Shown: positions 13,218 to 26,621 of the stretch, one piece after another
Numbering within the stretch: position 1 is the first letter of the stretch
Layout of the letters: each line of letters begins with the position of its first letter
From: Botryllus schlosseri
Taxonomy: Eukaryota
Direction: 5' to 3'
DNA length: 64,000 bases
Assembly: GCA_051294905.1 (NCBI GenBank)
Contig: CM119372.1
Span: forward strand, 35,280,001-35,344,000
Translations under genes and position numbers: made by a program
The notes under the pieces: model-generated
The model's database searches: none
What the model was told of the DNA's origin: nothing
What the model saw: the letters and a program-made list of their open reading frames with translations, nothing else

Positions 13218-14120
13218 GTGAGTGCAACTGTAGTTATAGAGGTTCAGCAATGTCTTCGGAACGTGCTGTGAAATATATTACATTATTCAATTGTGCTGCC
13301 ATTGGGAGATAAATTGTGCTAGATATACGATTATTGTTGATCATGTGTTATGTCACCATTAACATTGTGATTTAACGCAAATAAAGGATTTTAAAATTAT
13401 GATTTTAGGTAATGTAAACCAGTCTTTGATACTATTTTATTCGAAGTTTATATAGTTTCCCGGAGTATACTGAAATATTGTCTTAGCTTCATTAGGCCGA
13501 GTCCCGCGGAACATCCCCCAATGTTTATTTTCCTATAAAAGTGATTAATACCGATTACCATAAAATTAATAACGATATATGGGTTTGTGATATTTTGTAG
13601 GTTGTACGTTTGATATCAATTTTGAATCGAACTACGACGTTTCAGCACATTATATGAAATTTAAATTCCAAAGACCAACATAATGTGACGGTCATGTTTT
13701 GAGGTGTGGAATAAGTACCATTCGCGGGTAATAAAAACTTGCTCTACAATGCAATTCATTCTTTAGAATTCCTGCTTGATTCAATGTTGTTTAAACAGGC
13801 CTAGTAGCGTTGATATGATCAAAAATAAGGCTGATAGTCTTACGTGGGATCCATATCAAATTTTGTCTAACCCGATATATATGCGCGCCGCCCGTTATAT
13901 GTTCTATCCTTTTAATTGCAACTCGCCAACGTAAAAGAACATATAAAACGTTCAAGATTGCATCAATTATGGTTTCCATCCCTGTACATTAATACTGGAC
14001 TTTACAAACATTAAACATTATAAGCGTTTCTGATGATGGGCTTCATAGGAATTCAGTGACTTGGTGAAAAATCATTATTTGCAGTGCTACATTCATTACC
14101 GATTTAATATTTTTTGAAAG

Positions 14121-14348
14121 GAAATACATCATCTCTGACGGACATTCGCGGTTTTGTTGATGAACATCGAAAAAATAATATCGAAGACTGCTTTGAATAT
14201 ATGTCTTCCAAATTTCGCGATTACGGGGAGTGGGTTTCGTTCACACATGCTAAGATCGGAATGAATCTTTTGAATGGTGCCGGAGAAGATACAATTGAAG
14301 TATCAAAGAAATCTCGGACATTATTTGAAAAGTGGTTGGAGCACATGG
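14121..14348 (+). CDS. Death-like repeat exon R2 (phase 1-1, 228 nt)
   Basis: tttttgaaAG|GAAAT ... CACATGG|GTagga; SLTDIRGFVDEH..DCFEYMSSKFRDYGEWVSFTHAKIGMN...TLFEKWLEHMG. Confidence 0.88.
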
Positions 14349-14923
14349 GTAGGATTTAACGGCTTATCTGTGTGCCCTTTATTCATTAGTATATTCAATA
14401 TAGGCTTTAACAGCAAATGTACAAGAGTGTAATTGCTGCAGAAGAAGCTTGTTTTTAATGATTTGTCTTTTGATTCCGTGGTAGCAAAACCAATGTAACG
14501 CGCATTGACAATCGAGCCATCTTTTATTGATACATTCTTGACAACCGGTACCTCTTCCTTGACACCAGCCAAATCATTTTCATTTGTTTTCAATCTCTTG
14601 CCTGGTTTTCTTGAAACCTGACCTAAGTGTGTCTCGTTACGTAACCGATTTTTTCGGCTCTCATTTTACCTTGATAGACCCAAAAAACCATTTGAGATCA
14701 GAAAGATTACGTCATATAATTTCGTTTCAATTCTGAAATGGTGTCTTACTTCGCAGCGTATATCCATTATACAGTCCATGGACTCCATTCCAATACGCAT
14801 ACACAGTAAAAACACACATCTATTCTATATATAGCCTATCTATGCATTGGAATTGCTGTGCAGGTTGTAGGTTTTTTGTTGATACGTTCCGCGGATTACC
14901 AAACTACATTATGCCATTATATG

Positions 14924-16255
14924 CAGAGGTGGTCAGTAACGAAGTACTTCTACTTTTTCGAAGTACTCAAGTAGTTTTCCTCTACTTCTGGTACTTACTC
15001 AAGTAGATCTGATTTTCGCTACTTCTACTTCTACTTCGTAATATTTTGTGATCTACTTACTTACTTTTCGCTATTTTCAGTTTGTCAAGTAGAGGTAGTT
15101 CAATCTTCCAATCAGGAAGATAGCCTGAGGAATTTCAGGGCTGTTTTCACGGAGTATCAACATTTAATTTTCATTAAAGTTGAGTAAGGCCCAGAATTTT
15201 CGTCGCGCTTCGCGCGCAGTGGATGCGGAGTGACCAGTATGATTTGACGAAAGTATCGATGACTATAGTTTAGGTAGCGGATTGGCGTGGTTCGGTTCAC
15301 ACAGGGATATCTGGAACTAGATACCTAGATATACCTGCGTTTACACCACATTGTCGTCCTTCGCCCATATGAAATAATTCACCACAGTATATATGGCTCA
15401 TCATAACGTTTGAAACTGATGTTTCGCAATCTAGCATTTACTTGTCATATCGTAATCTAGCATGTCCATGGGCGCGTCATAACCTGGAAAAGTCGACTCT
15501 GACTTTTTTTGTTAGTTTTAGAGCTGTTTTAGGATACCACCTTTGAAACTTTCTGGACTAAAGGCACGAAAAACATGTTCTGCTTTTAAAAGTAGTATTT
15601 ATGTTTCACTTTCAATTCCCAGTATCATGTACCTTGAGTTATAATTATTATCAGTTCATTTGGCTGGATAACATACATGTTGAAGAATAAAAGCAAGCGT
15701 AGTAATGCCTTTAATTTCCGGAAATAAAGCAACACAATATGGCATTTTTACGGTCCATCATATTTTTATTAACGTTTACTAATCGCGCAAAGCGTTTACA
15801 TCGTATCCTATACAACTTCTCTTCGACTAAACTACGGGCCTTATAATATGGGGGATGGCGCCATACCATGCTATTTTCTAAAACGTGCTGTTCGAGAAAA
15901 CAGATGATTAGTATCGCATTTCCATATCAATACTATCATTTTCATCCCCTGATGTGGACGAATGCTCATGCTATCGAAAATTGGATACCTGCTGGTATGC
16001 ATCAATATGAATCAAGCTCGTCACCTTGCGAAAAGCTCCATTTGTCCCCTTTTACAATCCATGTGAACGAATTAGGATCGTTTGCACAACTGCTTATTTA
16101 CTTGAGTACTTTTAAAATCAGTCAATTCTACTTCTACTTCAAGTAGTTTTAGGATGCTTATGGAAGAAGTACTTCTACTCGTACTTGAGTAGATTTTTTC
16201 GTCGCTACTTCTACTTCTACTTGAGTAGCTTTCTTGACTACTTTGACCACCTCTG
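14924..16255. mobile_element. hAT-type non-autonomous element with TACTT(C) subterminal repeats
   Basis: TIR CAGAGGTGGTCA / TGACCACCTCTG; TSD ATTATATG. Confidence 0.88.
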
Positions 16256-16379
16256 ATTATATGTCATTGTATACAGGATATGGAAATTCTACCGAACACA
16301 TTATCCCTAATATTATATCCACTTTTCAGTCGTTTTGTTCCAACCTCATCTGATCGAAAAATTAACTGTTCTTCGATAG

Positions 16380-16610
16380 GCAACGAAGCGTCTCTTACGA
16401 CGATTCGTAAAATGATTGATGAATATCACAATGAACGAATCGACGATTGCTTCGAATACATATGTTCAAAACTTCAACATGAAAAGGAATGGATCACTTT
16501 TACACGCGTCAATGTAGGAATGAATCAGGACACGCCACTGTTTAACAAAGAGAAAAGTGATGATCCAAATAAACTTCGGGGAATTTTCGACCAATGGTTA
16601 GATTACCTCG
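16380..16610 (+). CDS. Death-like repeat exon R3 (phase 1-1, 231 nt)
   Basis: ttcttcgatAG|GCAAC ... TACCTCG|GTgagt; ASLTTIRKMIDEY..DCFEYICSKL..EWITFTRVNVGMN...LRGIFDQWLDYLG. Confidence 0.88.
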
Positions 16611-17772
16611 GTGAGTATGTCCGTAAATTAGGTCATTCAGAATCATGTCGTTAACGACCGTCGCCATGGACTAATGACAATAACATGTTAAAAGTCGAAA
16701 AGGTTGTGAAAAGTAATACAGCTGTAGCATTCTTTCTTACGTATGTCCAATACAATACCGGGTCATTCACTATTGTGAAATGATGTTCTGTAACATCTGG
16801 TGGGAACATCCAACACAATTGAAAACAGATTGGGAATTGCTTCTATTATGAACACATCTATGCAAGGATATCAATACGTGTTTACCAAAACAGTGGATAT
16901 AAAACATCGATGTAGTCGGGGACTATCGTGTTATGTAAAACTTAAGATAGATCAAGAATGTGAGATAATAGATCGGTTGTTTATGTCCACAATTTTAGTT
17001 CCGCATATTATTATTATTATCATCATCATTATTAATACACGACAATTCATTGACTCTTATCGCCCTTTCTGGCCTTGCGCATCATGACATTGATATTGGA
17101 TAGATCAGTTTCAATGACTTTGTATCTTTCAGCATATATATCTTTTTGTATCTTCTTCATTCGCTCACTTCCACTCTTCAGTCACAGACTCTCTCGCATG
17201 TATACAACTTCGGGTCTCTGGGGCCGACTTTTTATAGCGTGGCTGACTGTACTTCTGGGCTTTTTTGAACACACTATAACGATTTGAGGTAACCTCAAAG
17301 ATAACATCCGCATACGAATGTCCATCTATTTTCGTTCTATGCAGTATTTTTTCCGCAGTCAACCGGTAAGATTCCTGAACGCATTGATTGTCCGAGTGCG
17401 ACTCGTATTGTCACCTGATGACAATAATGTTTTGGTAAAAGATAATTTCGTGTTGAAAATTGATAAAATGTACTGCCGGATGATAAATTCGATGTTCTCC
17501 AGCAAAAGCCTTATACAATGTAATTAGAATAAGAATAATGTATGTTCTAATTCTCAAGCACACGCTCATCTTTGGTGAAATCGCTCTCGAACCTGTATTT
17601 TCCTTTATAACACTTAGGATTACTAGTCTTACTAAATATGAATAATGATGGCCGGTATCGCAGTTGATTACTGTTTTTTTTCGACTATATCCTGGAATAA
17701 TGATTTTCCAATTGGTTGATTATACTGTATCGTCTTTCGATTCTGACCACGGGATTATGGATATGTTGACAG

Positions 17773-18003
17773 ACTGCAGAGCATCTTTGACGAAGATTCG
17801 TCGAATGGTTGATCAATTCCACAATCGGAGATTCGATCAGTGCTTCAAATATATGTGCTCAAAATTTCAAGTTGCCGACGAATGGGTCTCATTCACTCGT
17901 TCAAAGTTGGGAATGGATTTGTCGGTACACTTGTTCAACGATTTGACCAGAGAGATGCCAATCGAATTACGGGAAGAATTCGAAAACTGGTTAGGGGGAA
18001 AAG
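17773..18003 (+). CDS. Death-like repeat exon R4 (phase 1-1, 231 nt)
   Basis: ttgacAG|ACTGC ... GGAAAAG|GTatgt; ASLTKIRRMVDQF..QCFKYMCSKF..EWVSFTRSKLGMD...LREEFENWLGGKG. Confidence 0.88.
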
Positions 18004-19552
18004 GTATGTTTAGCGGTTCCTTTTCGCAATATACATATCATTTGATTTCGATAACTGGGCCTCACTTGAAATTCGTGCCCTTAATAAGCAATCGTTTTTT
18101 AATTTATCCTCAATAATTTCCAGGATGTAGTAACATTCGCTAAATATCAGTATTTTGCTATATTACTGTCCGCCAAAGCTGGCTTACATCACATATCTTC
18201 GTCGTCAGGCAATAGCATTCTTGTAAAATTATTAATTTAGACAGTCTGATTCCGCTCACTTTCGGCCGAATCAAGCGGGGATACGGCTTTATCCGAGTAT
18301 ATTCGATACTAAATCTATTAGCAAAAACTGCATTGCTGTACGTGTACATGCATCTAGTACTTTTTGATATCCGCACCAACTCAAATAATTGTCGAACTGT
18401 CGGGTACGCGTCTATACTTTGTTGTGGTTTACTTTGAAGAGCAATTTCACCTCTTCCGCTACACTTTTCCGCACCAATTTGTTGTTCGAGATCGGCGCAA
18501 TTTCACCCAATTGAAACTAATATGAATATGTCATGGCTTTCTGTGAGTTATTTCAACTGCCCCTAATATCTTGTGTAAATATGCAGGTTCTTCTCGACAT
18601 TTTTTCCTGCACCGGCTATCGTTGAAAATTGCCTAGGTCTGCCCCCCTTCCCTATATCTTGAACACGGTAGTAAAAACAGGGTATAAGAGTTCAAAGTCT
18701 AGTCGGTCTTTTCGGTTCCGGACTCCACTATTCGAAATCTCTTGAATCGCACCGGAGGACCACTCGACTAATTACCGCTATAATATTTGTATGTGCCTAT
18801 ATTCGAGATCAAATCAAGGTTATTATAACAACCATGGGGTACGGGCTCATGCCGTTTGGTTCGAGCCCGCTGTACACATTCCGAATTAAGCTCTGCGATT
18901 GGACATACGGGGACGTTAATTATACTGGGTTTTGTTTTATAGCTTTCCGTGACTAGCAAATCAAATGCGTGAGGTAGGGGTTGAGATCTTCGCTCACATT
19001 GAATTTATTAATGCACTCGGTTATCAACTTCAACATGAATGTATCCCAAACAAAGCAAGCAACATTATGTAACGTCAATGTGAGGTTACGGCCTCGAATC
19101 AACCTCGAATGTTGCATGGTAAATGAGTTTGGTATTGTGTCAGAACAATGCCGTCTTGAATAATACGGCGCAGCTAAGGAGCAACTGCGCACAAGAGTGA
19201 GGGTGTGAATGCTCAATCGCCTGCGCAACAATGGCCAATACGCTTTCTGTTTGCGGTGCTCCTCACCTGCTCCCAGACGGCATTGTTGCGTTACAATAAC
19301 TATCTCCGGTACAATGCAACATTCGCGGCTAATTTTGAGGGGTCTCACGACCACGAGCGGGGTAGAATTTACATTTTCGCAATCAGTACCGTAGTAGATT
19401 TAGATTTATATCAATTTTATCAATTATCGCGCTCGGATATCCGGTCAAAAATTAACGTAAAATTACCTTTGGCCAAATGGAAAGTGTGACGTAGACCAAT
19501 CACAGTGAGCCGTGAGATTTGCTTGTGTCCACGCCATTGTAGGACACTATGG

Positions 19553-20677
19553 TAGGATTGCCATACGTCCGGAATTTCCAGGACATGTCCGGAGTTTCAC
19601 TGTTCAAACTAACGTCCGAAGGGAATTTCTAAAATATGCCAAAAGTCCGGAATTTCGAAGACTTTATGTAGGCTCATAATTTTTTCGTTAATCAACATAA
19701 AAACATTATTGTTGGGAATATTTATGCTGATGCATGATAATGTTATTCGCGATGCGCGCGATTTACTATCACATTTATTGATTTTAATATGGAGACTACC
19801 ACCCTCGCAAAAACTACAATAAAATATGAATAAAAACAACCTTCATTTACTGGAATAAGCCTAATTGTAATCGCAATTATAGGAGAACGGTATGTTCCTA
19901 GAGATCGCTAAGGCCGTTTAAATGCTATATTCAATTATATATAGTGGTTCCAAACGTTGGGGTCGTTTGCCTTTATTCTGGGGTTCGCGAATATGTTGAA
20001 AGTAATCAGCTTCCAAATTAACCCGGGAGTAAGTCTGGGCAAAGGTGCGGAATTCTTTTAGTAATCAGCTCGTCAAATTTTGATCTTGGCCACGGAACAT
20101 TTTTAAATTGGAGATGGAGTCGCGACCATAAAAGGTGGGAAACTACTGGATGTGAGGTGATTATAAAGCTCCGTGGTGCGCACCGGCATAAGACTGATAA
20201 ACGATCTTATCGGTGGGGCATGAAAATGACTTAACGATGTAGGCTACAATTACGCTCCCTGTATTTTAGAGCTCATCATCCTCCACCAGCTCTACCGTTA
20301 ACTCTGATCATGTGGGCGGAGAGTAGTAACTATCTAGTAATATATGGAACAACTAATATTATTGACAGAATTTATTCAATAAATTCAACGACCAGATGTA
20401 TATAGAAACCAGATTCATGTAGCAAGCCCCCACGAAGTTGCATCGATTACTCTATGGTGGGCTCAAAATCATTGTTTATTTGGGCCGGAAGGGGCTGAAA
20501 ACATGTGCTTTCGGTCCCGGTTACACAACACACAGCCACATACTCCTGAACCGGTTCCTGACCACCTCTGGTCTATGAGCAAAGCTTTGCTAGTGTGACG
20601 TCATAACTCATTTTGAAATCCACCAGTCGGCGCTAAAGAGTGTCTGGAAGGTGGGTCACAGAAATATGGTAACCCTA
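19553..20677 (+). mobile_element. hAT-type element with nested MITE
   Basis: Ends TAGGATTGCCATA / TATGGTAACCCTA; TSD CACTATGG; relative at 34668-35737. Confidence 0.85.
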
Positions 20678-21551
20678 CACTATGGTATAATCCGTATTGG
20701 AACCATGGAGAAATATTCTGAAGATTTAATTTTGTAGCTCACAAATACAAGTATATTTAGTTATTCATTTTCGCCAAAAAGCTTCAATGCATTTTAATGT
20801 ACAATGCGCTCTGACACTCAAAAGTGGCATTATCGAATGGAATGGCAACAACCGAATTTTTTTGTTTCTTTTCGCTTCGCTGTGGCTGGGGAGTGGATTG
20901 ATTCGCCGCACCGACTGTAGGATTTGTTGCAATTCAAAAGCTATCGTGCAGAGCGCAAGATTGACTGCATATGGTCTTGGTCGAAAGTTACGGTTGTACA
21001 GATTCCGAAAACATGAAGAAAAATATCTTTAGGGCGCCGGAACCTGATCAAAAGTCGCCCTCAACATTTGAAATCTGCATTGTTCAATTCATTTTTTTAG
21101 TAAAATATTCATCATTCCAATACACCACAACACTCCGATGCAATGGACGGTAGGAAGGTGTCGTAACGACTTGGAGAAGTCTTGCAAATCAGACACCCAA
21201 CTGGCCGTGGCGATATAAAAAAGGAGTCATGCACACTGAATGAAAAGTAAAACAAGATATTATTAAAGGACATGTGGCAAAACAGGTGACATGTGTCTAA
21301 AGGCGAGATCGATATGTCAGATCGTGGTCTAGTAAACTAGAGGGTTAACTATAGTATTTATTTAGTACAATTGCTTTTATTTCGACATGAATGTGGACAT
21401 GCTCGATGACTGTAGGATGTTCATTGCGGCACTCCGATTGTTTGGACAATGCCTATATTTCAGACGTGGATGGTTATTTCAGGGTGGCTTCAGTGCCTGA
21501 TCATATAATAATTTATACTTATCTTTAATTTACAATCCATCGTAGTACATC

Positions 21552-21773
21552 GGCGAGATAGCGCAGTGGTAAAATCCGTGGCTGCAACACCAATGGGTTG
21601 CCGGTTCGAGTCCGACCGAGGTCGACGTAGGCTCCTCCTCGCCATATCATCGGCGTAAGCGGTGTCTTACAAAAAGCTTCGAAGTGGGCCGTGACCGGCA
21701 ATTACGGTTCAAAAATGACGAATATCATCGGCCATAGTGGTCGACCGACACCATAATTACCACAAAAACCAAA
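21552..21773 (+). mobile_element. tRNA-derived SINE
   Basis: A box TAGCGCAGTGG (21559) and B box GGTTCGAGTCC (21603); non-tRNA body; CAAA-rich tail; 13-bp TSD CCATCGTAGTACA/CCATAGTAGTACA. Confidence 0.85.
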
Positions 21774-23291
21774 CCATAGTAGTACAGTCCCAGCAAACAC
21801 AAAACCGTAAAAGGATCATCCGGGATCATCTCGATTAGGTTCTGATTTTCTAAGTGTCGAGGGAATGTCTAAAATACGTAGTAGGATGGTCTTGTGGTTA
21901 TATTCAATCAGAATAAATTCATACTCGGTGTTGTTCCATCTCATGCATTAGGCTTCGTTATATCCGGTAGTTAACCTAATAATGCAAATTTTCTATCTCT
22001 CGCGGGTACGACTAAAATACGTAGAAAGGATGACTTTGTCGGTACATTCAATCACGATGAATTCTATCCGGTTTTGTTCGATCTCATGCGGTAGCTTCGT
22101 TCTATCCATTAGAAAACAATGTTCTCCCTTCGTTTTATTGCGTGAGGATGTCACCGGTGTTGTATATTCGTGTTGTTGCTCTAAGGTCGAATAGTTTTGT
22201 TTTCCTCTGATATATATGATCTTCATTATATATATATTCGCTCTTTCGGTAATCTCGCATGTTCAACGAGTATGGTTTATAGTTTTATTCAGAGAATAAC
22301 TAAATAAGTGATATGTTGTACGTTTAGGAATATGATTATCGATGCGTGACTTCTAGAATATTTCGGCGATTCAAATTTTACGTCATCGCGCCATACAAAG
22401 ATTTGAAGCGCAACAGGTCGCAGCCAGGCATAGTTCGCTCTTTCTGTATGGTAAATGCCGTAAATATATAGGAATTGTGACTGACTGAGGTAGCGGGTTA
22501 AAGGTATATATACAGTAGCATATAGCTTATGGGGTATTTCGAATTGCCTGTAGTATATGACGCCTAGAGCTGTTTGACTTTCTGCAAAACAGGTGTAGAC
22601 AACTATAGAAAAGTTTCAGCTTTTCCAGGTTAGAATTAGAGCTAAACCGTTTTTCCGAATTAGATTACAATTATATTGCTGGCATTTCGCTCTAATTTAG
22701 TGAAATTAGACCACTATAATTCGCTTCAAACATCTGAATTACCGGTACCTATACCTACGGTATATCATAATATTTATGCTTGAATTTTCTAGGTATATAA
22801 GTCATATAGATACATTCCTGTAGAACACTGATTCATGATTTTATAAAAGTTGGTGCAAGAATGGACATTTTCAACTTGATGTTGATTAATGGAGCAAAAT
22901 TTGATATTTGAGTGCAATTATACCTCGAATCCAGTGACAAGATTATTAATCGTTGAAACCAAACGCAGCTTGATTATGTTGGCCCAGAGAATTTGGCTAG
23001 CCAGACCATATTGATGGAATATGGTCACAGTAAGATAATATTTTGGGCTATTTTACATGAACTTTCCAACATTTGATTTGATATGTCCACTAAAACAGTT
23101 GTTATTCTGCTTTCGAATAAGACCTTAATTGCTGGTTTCAATGGTAACTGTGTTTGTCAAAGGCTGCAAAGGTAATTTCTTTTCCTTGTTAGATGTTTAT
23201 TTGTTTGTTTGTGGTGTTCATGGTGGTGGTTCGACTACACTGGTCATTTTACACCAGGCCGGTTCTTATTATTATTATTCCGTATCTGCCC

Positions 23292-24181
23292 GATTACCAG
23301 TGAACTCGGCACTTGGTGAATTCGGCCGCACAAACTCGGCACTTGGTGAATTCGGCCGTGGTAGATCTCGTAGCGGTACCGGTCACCATGATTGGTTACT
23401 GGAATGTTTGACGGTGAACTTGGCACTTTGAGTGGTTGTCAATGTTGTACGGCGGTCAGGGCATGCGTAGATCACACAGTCACGGCGTGATTAGATCACA
23501 GATTGCGTAATTGCGGGAAATAACGCAACGCTCTTCACTTGGTGAACTCGGCCCTTGGAGGAATTGGCACTAGAACACCTTCGCATTAGAAATGCATTTA
23601 GTATGAATGAACAGTATCAAAAAGGAAATTTAAACGTGTCGTGGCTCGTGGTAGATCTCGTAATCTTGGGATCCTTCAACCGTGTTATCGAGACACCCTA
23701 ATCCCAGAGTGGAATCGTCTCTCCAAAGGCAAAAAATAATTTATTTTGACGTGATCATGCGAAACATTTGTTGATGAGGAACACTGGCTTGTCGTGATCG
23801 ATAAACGAAGAAGCGCCGCTTGATGTTCCACAGTTTTGATCTCACATACAACGCCAAGATCCATCTTCTCAAAACTTACACGACACAGGCCCGTGACTCA
23901 CGCCATCGATTCCAAGCAGACCGCGCGTGGTCGGTATATGAGCGCTGTGTTATTTCCCGTGGCTACGCAATCCGTGATCTAATCACGCCGTGACTGCGCG
24001 ATCTACGGATGCCCTGATCTCCTTACAAGATTGACGAATCACTTGATAATACTATTATTAGTTTGATAATTCATATTAATAGCTGTAAATACACTTCATT
24101 TCAAAATTTCCCGAGGGCCGAATTCACCAAGTGCCGAGTTAGTGCGGCCGAATTCACCAAGTGCCGGGTGCATCGGCAACC
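23292..24181. mobile_element. Foldback/MULE-like element inserted into a minus-strand SINE
   Basis: AACTCGGCACTTGGTGAATTCGGCC repeats on the left and their reverse complement on the right; TSD ATCTGCCC; SINE halves at ~23200-23291 and 24182-24370. Confidence 0.75.
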
Positions 24182-24814
24182 ATCTGCCCACTTACAGCAC
24201 GGCCCACTCCTAGGCTTTTTAAGACATGGCTATGCGAATCAGATGGCGAGGAGGAGCCTAGATAAACGGCCAACACTTCGGTAGGAATTATGGAGTCGAC
24301 GTGTCACGCTCGAACCCGCAATTCATTGGTGTTTAGCTATAATGGAACGTACCACTACGTTTCCTCGCCATACCTTGTAAAATGAGACCGTAGCATTTGG
24401 CATTTCGTGTGGCAATTGACTTTTGTGTGGAAAATTGTGTTCGTTTTAGAACTTATCCGAAACTTTTATTCCGCCATAGATTGTATATGATAAAACAATA
24501 TCGGAATTGATCCTAGAAGAATTCCAAAGCAACTCACCACAAAGGAGGATTTAAAGAAGTTTGATGGAAAATTGAATGAAAGCAAAAGCCTTTGCAAGAG
24601 ATGTGGTATGTTGAATCTGTTTTGGTATTTTTAAATAGGCCTACTTTGTTGTGCCGATAGCAGACAGTATATATAAACGTAAGATGTGGAAGCTATCAAG
24701 GTGTTTTTAGAAATTCAGTCGGTCAAAGTGGACGATCGTATTGCTTGGATTATATTTAGGCTTATTTTAGCATCTTTGAGATGCAACTCTAAACGTGGAC
24801 GGTCATGAACAGTA

Positions 24815-25476
24815 GGGCTCTTCAAAAATGACTTTTTTTCTCAAATCGTACTGGCTACTTGATAAAATTGTTAGGTTACCTAATTTAAGCCTACAAACAA
24901 AATATGGTTCAAATCCAGCCAGTATCCGCTTTGCTACAAGAGAAGAAAGTTCCTATTTATTATATAAAAATGAATAATAAAAAATTTGAAGATTTTCTGT
25001 TAACCCCATGAAAGTGTTAGGCTGTCTATAGAAACGATGCTCACCAAATTTGGTTCAATTCCAACCAGTGGAAGCGGAGTTATTGCTGTCGAAAAATTTG
25101 GATTTTAATAAAATAGTACTTACGGTGAGCACAACTTTAATAAGTAAACAAAGAATCGGTCACCGTAAATACTATTTTATTTAAATCCAAATTTTTCGAC
25201 GGCAATATCTCCGCTTCCACTGGTTGGAATTGAACCAAATTTGGTGAGCATCGTTTCTATAGACAGCCTAACACTTTCATGGGGTGAACAGAAAATTTTC
25301 AAATTTTTATTACCTATTTATTTTTATATAATAAATAGAAACTTTCTTCTCCTGTAGCAAAGCGGTTACTGGCTGGAATTGAACCAAATTTTGTGTTTAG
25401 GCTTAAATTAGGTAACCTAACAATATTATCAAGTAGCCAGAACGATTTGAGAAAAAAAGTCATATTTTAAGAGCCC
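24815..25476. mobile_element. Nearly fully palindromic MITE
   Basis: TA-GGGCTCTTCAAAA ... TTTTAAGAGCCC-TA with ~320-bp arms; related pieces at ~5240-5595, ~27650-27955 and ~50755-50954. Confidence 0.85.
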
Positions 25477-26621
25477 TAATGTCCATGTGAGAGAAACGTT
25501 TTAGGGTAGGCCTACTCATATGTCTCGCAGCGTTCTCTACATAATTGTCAATTGCGATACAAACTGTTTGCTTGTATTGGTAAAGCCATCCAACTTCGAA
25601 TTGTAAAATGTTGGGAGCCTTGATATCAAATTTTTGAAAGGTGCACTTTGAGAAGATTTGGGAATCTGTCAAATTATACAAAAATTTAGCAAATTCTTTG
25701 ACATAATTCATCTATTTGGGACTCGATCAACGTAAAAGAATTGGTAATCATTTTATACAATGTATTGTATTTGTAGTTGAAGTATAGTAATAATTCTTAT
25801 GGTTACCGCACTTGTAACGATTCACGGCCATAACTGGAATAATTAGAATGATGTAACTTTCAAATTGTCATGCATTTTGCAACAACATTGTTCTCAATTT
25901 TCAAGGTGCTGACCATTCGAGGAAGAATCACCCACCGGGAATTCACGATCCGTAAACGCGGCCGACTGTTTCTCTCCTCAAGCGGAAGCGACAGAGAAGA
26001 GGAACGAAGAGAAAAAAGGAGCAGAAATAGCAAGAGTGTGACAAGTCGCGTCCGTTCGCTTTAATGCGTATTTCCATCCGCGAAGTAGTAGGTGGGAAAA
26101 CTAATGGGCGTTTGGTTAGGGCTTATATAAGGTTGACTCCAGCGCTGTATTTGCTAAATGTTGCTATGAAATAGGGATGGTGTCATTTGGTATCAATATT
26201 GACTATTGAAAGACCATTTGTTAGTGGTCATGGATTTGTTCGGCCAGTATGCAGTAATTTCTGATGGTCACTTCCCGGGCTTCTGTTCTCTAACCCCTCA
26301 TGATTGTTATTCTGCTTCTAGTAAGACTGTCGATTCTAATGTTTTATCGTATCATTTGTCGGAGGTTTCGCTCGCTTTATTTACAACGTTTTGCTCTCTG
26401 CTAGGTCAATTACTGGCTGAGTATCACTACAGCCTAAGAAACTGCACTAATTCTCATTTTAATGTCTTGCTGGTTATCTTGCTGTCAATTCTAATAATTT
26501 ATTAATGTCTATACCAGTGCCGCCACTCAAATGTTTTCTCTGTACACAATATTGTTAGGTCTTCAGCTTTCCAGGCAGAGTATCATTCCACTTTCTAGAC
26601 TTGAGTATATATCTCTCCAAC

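Noticed and set aside
17000..17560. Possible minus-strand LINE (RTE-like) 3' remnant with (TAA/TGA)n tail
   Set aside because: Too decayed to recover diagnostic motifs by eye; needs blastx.
18950..19500. Overlapping ORFs of 60-133 aa
   Set aside because: No recognisable motif, interrupted by stops, and no splice sites fitting the gene model.
21552..21625. tRNA gene (GCA triplet in an anticodon-like position)
   Set aside because: Stems pair poorly, and it continues into a repeated body with tail and TSD. Several diverged copies exist, so it is a SINE head.
23300..23360. CRISPR-like direct repeats (AACTCGGCACTTGGTGAATTCGGCC)
   Set aside because: Tandem with no unique spacers, mirrored on the opposite arm, eukaryotic context and no cas genes; these are transposon subterminal repeats.
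24480..24605. Possible additional repeat exon (IGIDPRRIPKQL..., GTATGT donor)
   Set aside because: In-frame TGA TAA after the acceptor, lacks the CF and W motifs, and lies inside the EnSpm-like element.
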